DNA of 41,708 nucleotides, from assembly GCA_945878795.1 (NCBI GenBank), contig CAMDWF010000001.1, positions 1 through 41,708 on the forward strand, in the 5' to 3' direction. The translations under genes were made by a program, and so were the position numbers. The notes under the pieces are model-generated. The model worked only from the letters and a program-made list of their open reading frames with translations. It was not told the origin of the DNA and made no database searches. Origin of the DNA: Synechococcus sp. UW140. Its GTDB lineage: Bacteria; Cyanobacteriota; Cyanobacteriia; PCC-6307; Cyanobiaceae. Below are positions 20,301-26,600 of this stretch, in pieces (positions within the stretch are counted from its first letter, which is position 1; each line of letters opens with the position of its first letter).

Positions 20301-22604
20301 CCAACGGGTGTCACGGCTGTGAACACGATTGCTGGCATTACCAATGGTTTGGTGACAGCGTCTGTAAGTGGCAGTGCAGCTCAGCTTGCACTGCTGACGA
20401 CAACGGCGACGGACTTGATTGCGGTGACGATCACAGACTCGACGGTTGCGACGATTGCTGAGCTGAAGGCGATCAACAGCAAGACAGCTGGAATTATCAC
20501 GCTGAACGCTGAATCGATTGCGGCCAGCTGGGTTGATACCGCCTCGAACTTGCTCGATGCACTTGAGGGCCTCACTTCTTTGACTGGATTGATTGCGGTA
20601 TCGGCGTTGCCTGCAGGAGCCGCTGGTGTGGGTGCGTTGAACACAATCGCTGGCACTACCAATGGTTTGGTGACAGCGTCTGTAAGTGGCAGTGCAGCTG
20701 AGCTGGCACTGCTGACGACAACGGCGACGGACCTTGTGGCCGCAACGATCACGGGCGACGCGGTTGCAACGGTTGAACAGCTGAAGATGATCAACAGCAA
20801 GACAGCTGGAGTTATCACGCTGAACGCTGCATCGATTGGCAATGCCTGGAGTGATACGGCAGCGAATCTGAGCGAAGCGTTTGCAGGGATCACGAGCGTG
20901 ACCGGAACGATCACGGCGACGGCAGTTCCTGAAGGACCAACGGGTGTCACGGCTGTGAACACGATTGCTGGTATCACCAATGGTGTGGTGACCGCGTCTG
21001 TGAGCGGCAGTGCAGCGGAGCTGGCACTGCTGACGACAGGTGCAACGGATGCAATTGGCGTGACGATCACCGGCGCCACGGTTGCAACGATCACTGAGCT
21101 GAAGGCGATCAACAGCAAGACAGCTGGAATTATCACGCTGAACGCTGCATCGATTGGCAATGCCTGGAGTGATACGGCAGCGAATCTGAGCGAAGCGTTT
21201 GCAGGGATCACGAGCGTGACCGGAACGATTGCGGTGACGGATTCTCAGACCGGAGCAACGGGTGTCACGGCTGTGAACACGATTGCTGGTATCACCAATG
21301 GTGTGGTGACAGCGTCTGTGAGCGGCAGTGCAGCTCAGCTTGCACTGCTGACAACAGCACCCTCAGACAACTTGGCAGTAACCATCACGGATACGGCATC
21401 AGTGGCCCAAGTGAATTCGATCGATGCCGCCACCAGTGGCGTGGTAACTGCAACCCTGAACCCTGGAACACTGGACAGTTTTGCTTCGCTCACAGGAACT
21501 GGCAACGCTTACACCATCACCATCAACGACTCACAAGGATCGACCTTCTCTGCTAGTGCCCTTGCTGCTTTAGGCGGCAAGACCACTGCGCCCGTTACAG
21601 TCAATAGTCCCGTTACTGTTACAGGTACCGTAGATGAGGTTGTAGGAGCCGTAGTGACGGCAACAACAAAAGTGAATCTCCCTGCGTCTACAACCATCAA
21701 CGCAACTGGCTACACGGGCCAAGATCTCACCGCAATTAGCGCCGCTAATTACACGCTTAATGTAAGTGCTTCTACTTCCGACTCTTCTGCAATTAGTGCT
21801 GCTTTCACGGACGGCAAACTTGTTAGCGCTGATGTCGTTACCCTCACTGCTGCCTCGGGTGCTCAAACCGCCAACCTGAGGACCCTTGCAAATCTAGGAT
21901 CTGATTTAGATCGTTTCCTGATTGATGCTGATACCAATAATTCAGTTCTGTCTGTAAGGCTTTCTGAGACGCTTTCAAAATCAAGCGCTCTTGATATACG
22001 CCTCGATGGTGGGGACGGCACTAATGCTGTCGGCGATCCGGCCTGGTCGAAGGACACCATCCTCCTAGAGTCAAATCTGACGGGAGCAACTACGGGATCT
22101 ACTCCCTACACCAACGAAACCTGGTCGGGCCTTGGGCTTGGTGGTGCCAACATCTACAACTTTGTTTCCAATAAAGACTCGTTTGGAGTTGTTGACTCAT
22201 CAGGTGCGCTTGTTTTCACGAGCTGGAAGCTGGGCTTGCCTACGGGCGGTGCTTTTACGACAGACGGAAGGGTCTTCCTAGATGTGTCCGGCTTTGTAGA
22301 TATCAATTCTGTTCAAGAAATAAGGAATTATATTGGCGATGAAATGGTGAGATCTAATTCTGGATTTGACTCCGGATTTGCTTTGCTCGGCCGTGACGCT
22401 GATGGGCAGGTTGATATTGGTATTTTCCATGCCAAGTGGCTTGGTGCTAGTAACGGTGTTCCGGAATCCGATAGTTCTCAATTAAAGGTCACCCGCCTCG
22501 CTGTTCTCCAAAATGTCAATGTGGAGGCAACAGTTGGTTTGACCAGTGCTCTTCAGGCTCCCAACTTCATCGCTACCTCGCTACCAACCGGCCTCGGCTC
22601 CTAA
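8346..22604 (+). CDS. Giant (4752 aa) repetitive putative cell-surface/secreted protein, probable type I secretion substrate
   Basis: Uninterrupted 14.26-kb ORF; Ala/Thr/Ser/Leu/Val/Gly-rich; no Cys seen; no Sec signal; several internal repeat families; heads a locus with hlyB/hlyD. Confidence 0.85.
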   Translation: MALSYSTLVVTLAGLQLQNLQQVITARGIDRVLVVDTPSGFSSTSGIAAVSAAANLRSAPSGQLSQSQAPGLSFAFAGGENSVTLSAAGYGALGKAGFTFVQDPGLDSFSSTVVLNAASLAQGSTITQTNARALSTELLAEGEAGVKELANSALFNGTASDLYFNPSVSLANKPALSVAGGIAGAGILSDFGGSVRVNVNASEFASLAQAKVSTPSLPIQVSDPANLTVDDAPAAQTTANGLNTLLKPLTNSSYVPGSSVLPANLLTARAASFQVDTLTLGGTFEVGDVVSAVVNNTTVSVNAASTTRSAIASQLVAEITANSTVAAAVTASTNGDVVTLTAKAAGTPFTVSSATAANRPSVAQVSGLTLTGTYEVGDVVSAVVNGTTVSVNAASTTLSAIASQLAAAITANSTVAAAVTASTNGDVVTLTAKAAGTPFTVSATAANKAGGTDTTQAVAAATSTANVVVGSNTTQAVAAATPTANVVVGSNTTQAVAAATPTANVVVGSDTTQAIARSSASPILNTIALTPALLDALFASNQRAGDWAPTGDSSTNDIGKYAFAGDVELTVSQFRALPQEGAVAPNSSILTLKGTSAELTLVLEEARLQRTAAGASRLDSVNRILITDAAPLVLSAETFAALDQASLRTSLDNQAGITKVERLVSPAQGTTPAVFAVAAITIAANGTSGGTANLTNLQTLGITQRDNPSTTNANEADLLSTALPGTPVGANLINQVKEIELQFNLTTWLTTPAEKASILRLQASLPSGTKLTLNPDNTSGPLSASQAGEVIAAFPPNSALQVKPNSINISESVGTSLQALFTANALDSSLGGLVGSVSGPAGSVTLNGNQLNSVLSGGIQPQQRLFILRDTAAGIGAFIKTATDGSTAGTQLSLAGVQSISRTDSGAPIPVTVREFEFLRTQQASGLTLPNSLLQIVDSNANIQSFIDTAFNGSSLRSGYNLAALAGFTTVANGIPDASLVDINTQQLLAVNAQRTSGLNFAPGSFRLVDTSANLQAAVTALAAGSATNDLTLVKSLATGSGRTATPFFAALSAAQVVTLNTYLAAQPASATSTQIRRVPAAIVNLNDTAANINNLLINATDTTPLELGFLWRIIGSETGATIELSYSQFQALRGTSNLTSLSKALGLTSIEIVVTGSGEELQQLFATYGTDFSNLEANISFRISDGAEVKLNASQLDKLDGRIEGAVVVADTNANLEKVFDNAIPTSVKTFQLLDGSGNIVDVDRDGSLDGDTITLTVNGLAGLPGYLDANVVLRDTDENIERRLRSDLDYRVSRIEVSGSGINSESALNLRIGQLERLLDNGVEIATGVSIILDPRDTLEINALAASGLPAGFQGKLVIADDGDALRSLFDGIWNIPAGATTVQLRSLDNAPLQLNVAQLEQLVGSYPAFSGAIELIDGKVELGQYINGNPALIDPRVVSISVEGFELPDGAGGQRLLLTASQLSELQVIEGQLGIKLFEGTINLDQTSFSAATLLPSDSRLELTAAQVNAKLQALLNSVNDQIRPDLDALKASIIAVDSSNDSQPGGVSVIERLNQLAAQVTKLDRETVTVAELRTLLADPSVPANDRFTIADTNAAIRSLLSGAAANTLALTRVSRLIPTQSADAALTLSISELEVLLPGVVVENLVVADSASEILSRWDSTTKSFDLDPRVDAVRVASAGLQPEALELTVEQYQSISGLMPEGRFVLTDSSSNLLAQLRVARDERVVAIEPTGSANQPGVLSISNDADLALLPEVIGTIALTTTSARLADLVRSSEFNLSEFSSLASSDGQLLSVDAETLALLPGNLHIVGGLVLRDSAGDVAEVLSNPLDRRLVGIESRSGELILSVRQLQQLETLESNLEVTLRDDSDAITAYLAAGLPSLAVHTISVSNGDRLNLSSDSFANLLAAEGIAASRLYAGQIQLSTASEQVDFVPTQLADTRVTGLSVSGTDQLVLKVSELERLGTAFGGKVILEDSLAAIKAALASPLDSRVQALRAVDLQTNGLVPIILDANQLANVPSPLQSSITVVESVAGINRLLGSPQNTSYRLQVQDSGLVLSAEQFQNLGTVQLVKRDGSPAQIILRDTAQDIAGLIDIVPGAVLDPRILRLEPTNSNRLSLSLAQVANLPANRFSGNSIVVSDSVGNILTQLTSNAQGAPNLDARIQAFDLINGTQITLSASQFKSLQAAEDRLGYQLLSGPFKLQGLAGEEPAIADILDDQDSRVTVVSSPDIDQLILNSAQLRELGSAFSGNVILQDTAIGILDELTRSLDSRVIDIRTIGVSELNLKARQLLNLPQDFQGKVILDDNLPNIRSFINKPFNLSEKLTLQLSVMQLAELTKQSVAESLLTGKGDLIVTGFDSTSSSTTALVNLPRTFSSIEVVLDSPQGGVLELDNTSNANTPLQNLGALIDPLRRNALVGSGSTEKLYANDKLTINPGESVRISTQNLFAKKLETLLAGASPSQSSNQPVGQLILSGYTDQDVSQLNGTLGITVEVYAGTPESPRLIDSRLLRGVQGNGVDSIVLATGGSYVISSNDAAELQTLLPAAPSGQQPQDAILKVTGYLGQDFRPLASRVGRIDIQVETTQALNQALLPDQANLWIYQQAELSATDAATLKNRLQNANEGIKDAAAGVVRVLGYTGQDLIAPSGSDFATSLNVVVEVAVADLSSSINRLAQADQVVLAPASQLRLTQQQAEELAGRLAAAGSGGSLRVVGYTGADLSAIASATAGATTVTLELASGQNWATESSKSPGQLQIFTQDADLIELASGSTLTLTADQAAALKGKLTGAGSLTITGYNAQDLTVPANAGFLGLSVTVETTAGSDISGGANLLKDVDVVKVGGNDVLTITASQADELKTKLLGVAPVQGETAGQVVVKSYAGGDLSAIADQSASSLDVKLQIASGTSFTADAGFVTRVSDADVIELASGSTLTLTADQAAALKGKLTGAGSLTITGYNAQDLSSGASTLSVAAFLNSSVDLSAVTATNPLGLASDSNDTVVIGANGALIINAAQAVSLADNLLLAAPGQNSGSVTIRNYTGQDLSAIQDAVAQGLTINLEISSAVDLRAVNAASYLADVDRITVAPGGELAIDNSNYAAITGKFQGGSQQGVLNVVNIDPTAGLQALKTAYPNLTIDVTLKNGTQASPAKESFSGGAADANLSVVRNIYVPQYAELGLTFSGAVVDRAGTFNGSEPDYPMEFIKKVPGQEPGTLNVVMSDYTAVQASVASAGLQQLLAFQAAGNYTLKIDLPATVSLTLDASDVDLFDQNLSGAGSLVVNSYAGQDISRLAATLASVTINVANGTTAVLPSASRLPVITSGLVTLNVGANATLVVESEQAEPLRLSNQRLVLSNTSTLAIQAGSLNRFGAITAPTGSVVELLNYTGSSQVLTKASDATLHAVIGQPGTAATITLDSIDSLIDKLSVSQGSTLTIGNTVSGAGIDIDVVRGQLSATAAFLSGKSIDGADSLKVDLGESFGQITVRDLQRTTNLAQIDGGYTVRAEVSAATATDPDFAFDAVGFNAIDQYLITSAGTVLATAAELNGKQVAPATGLEANAVTFTVGAYTSQSLQGLDSGLVVDVTTANGATLEAGKLSNADTITVAGSTSSTVSAADADTFGSKLRGDGTLNVIGYTDQYLSDITTAKIGVTTVDGVTLAASKLTSVDTVTVVGVNNVSAAEALAFAPTFGGTGTLRVTEALASAEQLKVLNTKSTALINAASVTSITGAAADLAAIYTAASTEISGLDNEAVTLSTDPSTAELKAISTRNSGTITFSGPSGYGLALPGSAADVAAALSGTFAAPFTGSVTITDSTVATIAELKAINSKTAGVITLNAESIAASWVDTASNLLVALEGLTSLTGLIAVSALPAGAAGVGALNTIAGTTNGLVTASVSGSAAQLALLTTTATDLIAVTITDSTVATVEQLKTINGKTAGIITLNAASIGNAWSDTAANLNEAFAGITSVTGTITATAVPEGPTGVTAVNTIAGITNGLVTASVSGSAAQLALLTTTATDLIAVTITDSTVATIAELKAINSKTAGIITLNAESIAASWVDTASNLLDALEGLTSLTGLIAVSALPAGAAGVGALNTIAGTTNGLVTASVSGSAAELALLTTTATDLVAATITGDAVATVEQLKMINSKTAGVITLNAASIGNAWSDTAANLSEAFAGITSVTGTITATAVPEGPTGVTAVNTIAGITNGVVTASVSGSAAELALLTTGATDAIGVTITGATVATITELKAINSKTAGIITLNAASIGNAWSDTAANLSEAFAGITSVTGTIAVTDSQTGATGVTAVNTIAGITNGVVTASVSGSAAQLALLTTAPSDNLAVTITDTASVAQVNSIDAATSGVVTATLNPGTLDSFASLTGTGNAYTITINDSQGSTFSASALAALGGKTTAPVTVNSPVTVTGTVDEVVGAVVTATTKVNLPASTTINATGYTGQDLTAISAANYTLNVSASTSDSSAISAAFTDGKLVSADVVTLTAASGAQTANLRTLANLGSDLDRFLIDADTNNSVLSVRLSETLSKSSALDIRLDGGDGTNAVGDPAWSKDTILLESNLTGATTGSTPYTNETWSGLGLGGANIYNFVSNKDSFGVVDSSGALVFTSWKLGLPTGGAFTTDGRVFLDVSGFVDINSVQEIRNYIGDEMVRSNSGFDSGFALLGRDADGQVDIGIFHAKWLGASNGVPESDSSQLKVTRLAVLQNVNVEATVGLTSALQAPNFIATSLPTGLGS
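9180..9690 (+). repeat. Two near-identical 270-bp (90-aa) intragenic repeats
   Basis: ggcacct(t/a)tgaggtgggcgatg at 9189 and 9459; peptide GTF/YEVGDVVSAVVN..TTVSVNAASTT..AIASQL...VTLTAKAAGTPFTVS twice. Confidence 0.9.
9703..9892 (+). repeat. 57-bp in-frame tandem repeat, about 3.3 copies
   Basis: caggctgttgccgctgc at 9711, 9768, 9825; peptide TTQAVAAATxTANVVVGSN/D. Confidence 0.92.
16657..17245 (+). repeat. 112-bp apparently identical direct repeat (16657-16768 and 17134-17245)
   Basis: tgatcgaactggccagtggttcaaccctg...ggctacaacgccca at both sites; peptide IELASGSTLTLTADQAAALKGKLTGAGSLTITGYNAQ. Confidence 0.88.
19788..21378 (+). repeat. Five tandem 318-bp (106-aa) repeats in A-B-A-B-B order
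   Basis: Unit starts near 19788, 20106, 20424, 20742, 21060; A type ESIAASWVDTASNLL, B type ASIGNAWSDTAANL; shared ASVSGSAA(Q/E)LALLTT. Confidence 0.9.
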
Positions 22605-22696
22605 CCATGCAAATCGCCCCTCCACGACGCCATCTGGCGCCGCGGTCGCGGCGTCGCAACAGTGCCCATACGCCTGCTCCGCTTTACACCCAACGG

Positions 22697-23665
22697 ATGA
22701 GTTCCACGCCCTGGCTGCAATTAGGCAACCGCACCCTCCATTTGGAGGAGCTGCCGGCTTTGCTCGAGCGCAGCCGCTTGCTCATCCCCCTGTTCCGTCG
22801 TTTGCTGCTGGAGGCTTGCATCGCTGGTGTGGCCGTCAGCACCGACGAGCAGATGGCCTTCCAGCAGCGGTTCTTGGCCCAGAACGGCATCGACTCCACT
22901 GAAAAACTGCAGGCCTGGTTGCAGAAGACCAACCTCACCGAGGAGCAGGCTTCCCGCAACATCCTGGAAGCCCTGCAACTGGAGACGTATAAGAACCAGC
23001 GCTTTGGTGCCGAGGTCGAAAAGATCTTTCTCGACACCAAGGAACAACGTGACCGGGTGGTCTATTCCCTATTGCGGGTGAAGGAGCAGGCCGCCGCCCG
23101 GGAACTGCACCTGCGCCTGGAGGAGGGTGATGCCACCTTCACCGATTTAAGCCAGGAGCATTCGGCCGGGCCCGAGCGGGAAACCGGCGGCCTGATTGGT
23201 CCCATTGCCATGGGGCGCCTCCATCCCCAGCTGGGGGAGTTGCTGCGTATCAGCAAGCCGGGCCAGCTGTGGCATCCCATGCCCATCGACGACTGGTGGG
23301 TGATCGTGCGGCTGGATAAGAAGTTGCCGGCCCAGTTGGATGCGGCGATGGAAACCACGATTCGAGAAGAGTGTTTTGAGCAGTGGTTGAAGCAGCAGCT
23401 GGATGTCCTTGAGCAGGCGTACACGCAAGCCGCGAGTCAAACCCCCAGATTCGAGCCGCCACAGCCGCCGATGCCTGCTCTGGAAGCACCACCCGGTCCA
23501 CCGCCGCCTCCCACACCAGATCTCCCCACTGCAGATCTAGCCAGTTCAGATCCTCCCAGTTCAGACCCTCCCAGTTCAGAGCCAATCCTTTCAGCTCCAC
23601 CTCCCGATGCCAGCGATGAGCCAGACCAACCAAGCCCCCGCCGCTTCTGGCCTTTTGGAGGTTGA
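22697..23665 (+). CDS. PpiC/parvulin-type peptidyl-prolyl isomerase-like foldase with Pro-rich C-terminal tail
   Basis: VVYSLLRVKE..AARELHLRLEEG..TF.DL..EHS.GPE.ETGGLIGP...LHP.L..LL...PGQLW.P, typical of PpiC proteins in cyanobacterial T1SS loci; probable ATG at 22697 (alternative 22607). Confidence 0.85.
   Translation: MSSTPWLQLGNRTLHLEELPALLERSRLLIPLFRRLLLEACIAGVAVSTDEQMAFQQRFLAQNGIDSTEKLQAWLQKTNLTEEQASRNILEALQLETYKNQRFGAEVEKIFLDTKEQRDRVVYSLLRVKEQAAARELHLRLEEGDATFTDLSQEHSAGPERETGGLIGPIAMGRLHPQLGELLRISKPGQLWHPMPIDDWWVIVRLDKKLPAQLDAAMETTIREECFEQWLKQQLDVLEQAYTQAASQTPRFEPPQPPMPALEAPPGPPPPPTPDLPTADLASSDPPSSDPPSSEPILSAPPPDASDEPDQPSPRRFWPFGG
23541..23580 (+). repeat. 15-bp tandem repeat x3 encoding SSDPP
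   Basis: ccagttcaga at 23541, 23556, 23571. Confidence 0.85.
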
Positions 23666-23669
23666 TTCG

Positions 23670-26600
23670 ATGACCGCCACCACCCGACCCAGCTCCGCTT
23701 CCCAGCCCACTACCACCACCGCTACTGCCATGGCTTCCTTGAACATCGCCGCAACCACCACCTCCACCCTGGTTGCGCTCGATGCCAACCTGGCCGATCT
23801 GCCGGTGCTTCTTGCGGGGTTGAGTCCTGGGGCTGAGGCACTGCTGGTGCCCGCCGATGCGGATGCGATTGCGCTGATCACAGTGGCGTTGCAGACCAGT
23901 GGTGCCACCCGCCTGGCGTTGGTGGCCCACGGCGCGCCTGGCCAGGTGCTGCTCGGGGCCGGCGGCCTGGACGCGGCTGTGTTGGCGGCGCGTGGCGCTG
24001 AACTGAGCCAGTGGGGCTTAGAGCAGATTGATCTTTATGCTTGCCAGGTGGGTCAGGACCAAGCCTTTGTGCAGCAACTGTCCGAGCTGAGCGGCGCCGC
24101 GGTGGCCGCCAGCTCCGGTGTGGTGGGCCACAGCTCCCTTGGTGGCAGCTGGCAGCTGCAGGGCGCAGCCAATGGTGTGGTGCCGTTTAGTCGCGTAGCG
24201 CGAGAAGCTTGGGTTGTTGGGCTCGTTGACTATTTCTACAACAACATTGCTGCTGACGATAATGGCGATGGTTTGACGGCTGGTACAGCTAAGAAAACAT
24301 TCGGAGCCATCAAAGCCTTGGGTGGGGTCGACCTTTCTAACGACACAATTACTGTCGTCAACGGAGCCACGTTAACGGAGACTTTTGCCGAGCTTGATCG
24401 GGTCTCTTTGATTAAGAGGGAGGCAGATGGCAATGGTGCTGTTGTTGTTCAGATACCAGCGGCTTCCTCTGAGGCTGATCTGATTAACATCGCTTTGGAC
24501 GGTGCTGCTACTCCTTCTATTACGGCTTCATTCACTCAAACTCAGACTTTTACGGGCAATCTCCGAGGTTTTGCTGCGTCTATTTTGACCGGTGTTACCG
24601 TGACGGCTGCTGCCTCTCTGGTTTCCAGCGTTGTAGTTGATGGTCCAGGATCGCTATCGGTAGATGCTTCGGGTTTGGCTGATGATGGCACCCTTGACCT
24701 GCGTGGAAGTTCCAACAAGACCGTGACGGGTCTGGTTGCTGATCTGACCCTGGTGGCGTCCAACACGGGCACCACGGGTGTGACCACGGGTAATGCTGAT
24801 CTGACGATCACCGCCGATGCCGCAGCTGGTGCAACCACGATCAACGCGGCTGCCCTGGCCGATAACAAGACCCTCACCACTGCTGGTGCAGGTGCGTTCA
24901 CGGTGAATGGGCTGAAAGGTGATCTCAGCAATACCTCAACTGGTGCGGTCGCAGTCACGCTGGCTGACAACACCGACGGCAGCTACAGCGTTACCTCAAC
25001 CACTGCGATCACCGTTGATAACGGCACGGCACAGGATGTCGACACCATCACTCTTGCTGGTGCTGGTAACAAGACCGTGACGGGTCTGGTTGCTGATCTG
25101 ACCCTGGCGGCGTCCAACACGGGCACCACGGGTGTGACCACGGGTAATGCGTCGCTTTCCATCACGGCGAACGCTGCCGCTGGCAACCTCACCGTCGATG
25201 GAGCTGCTCTCACTGAGGAGAAGACACTGACCCTGGCCGGTGGCGCCAACGCCAAGACCGCCACGGTGAACAACCTGGTCGCTGATCTCGTCGCCACCAC
25301 CCTTGCTTCTGCACTGACGGTGGATCTGGCTGATGCACCCGGTGATGCCATCAGCATTACGACAGGTACCTTCACCACAACCCTCAACGACAGCGCTGCC
25401 GGTAACACCATCACCGTCGATGCTGCCGCAATCGCTGATGACGTCACCCTCACCACTGCTGGTGCAGGTGCCTTCACCATCAGCGGACTGCAAGGTGATC
25501 TGAATGCCTCTGCAGTCACAGGCACTGTCGATGTCACTGCCATTGATGCGGCAGGTCAGACAGTCGTAACTGGTGCAGGCAACGACACCATTCGTCTCGC
25601 TGCAAACCGCCTCTCCTCGGCCGACACCATCGACGGCAACGCCGGCACCGACACCCTGCAGCTCACGGGCGGCGACGCACTGACGTTGACCGACTTCGCA
25701 GGTGTTAGTGACATCGAGTCGATCGTCTTCAACAGCGGCATCTACACCATCAGTGCTGCCGACCTCGACTCGCTCACCGAGTCCCGCGTCACTGTCTCCA
25801 CCGGTTCCATACTGAATGTCACGGCGTACAGCGGCCAGAGCTTGCAGCTGCTGCAGAACGTGAGCGACACCACAGATGCCACGTTCAATCTCACCATCGC
25901 TGCAAATTCCCTCGGCTCGATCTTCGCATCGGCCACTAGCGCAACGCTGCAGTTAGATGCCAGTGCAACCCTGGCCATTGCCGACACGATTGACGCCTCT
26001 GCAACACCACTCACCTACGCCCAGGCTGCCGCGATCCGTGCTGTCAACAGCGATGTGTTGGCCAACTTCACCTTCTCCCTGGTGGATACGGCCCTCAACT
26101 TCAAGCAGGTGATCGATCAGGGTGGCAACAACGACATCCTCGACAAGGCCACCAAGATCACGGTGTCCAGTGGCAGCCTCACCTCGGCCGACATCACCCA
26201 GCTGGGCAAGGAACACGGTGCGACTGAAGCGTCCGCTACCTACAAAATCGTCTATGCCGTCGACGGCAGCACCAACCTGCTCACTGGCACCACCATTCAG
26301 CGCGACGACACCGCTCCCGATCTCCTCGACCGCGACATCTTCCTGCTGAACCAGGGTGCAAGCGGCACCGCCGGTGCCTACAAAAAGGGTGACACCATCA
26401 CCGTGGTGTTTGATCCCAGCCAGATCACCGATGCTGCCGATCTGGGTGCGGGCGCTGACCCTGATGCCAGCTCCGCCTTCCTCAACGGCGGCGACACGGT
26501 CCAGGTCGACTTCTCTGAATTCGGCCGCAGTGGCAACCTCGCCTTCTATATCGCCCCCACCGCCGGTGCCGCTGCAGCCCTGGTGGCCGCCAACACCGTC

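Noticed and set aside
8346-22604. Naming the giant protein SwmB or SwmA
   Set aside because: Only size, composition and context are analogous; I cannot show sequence homology
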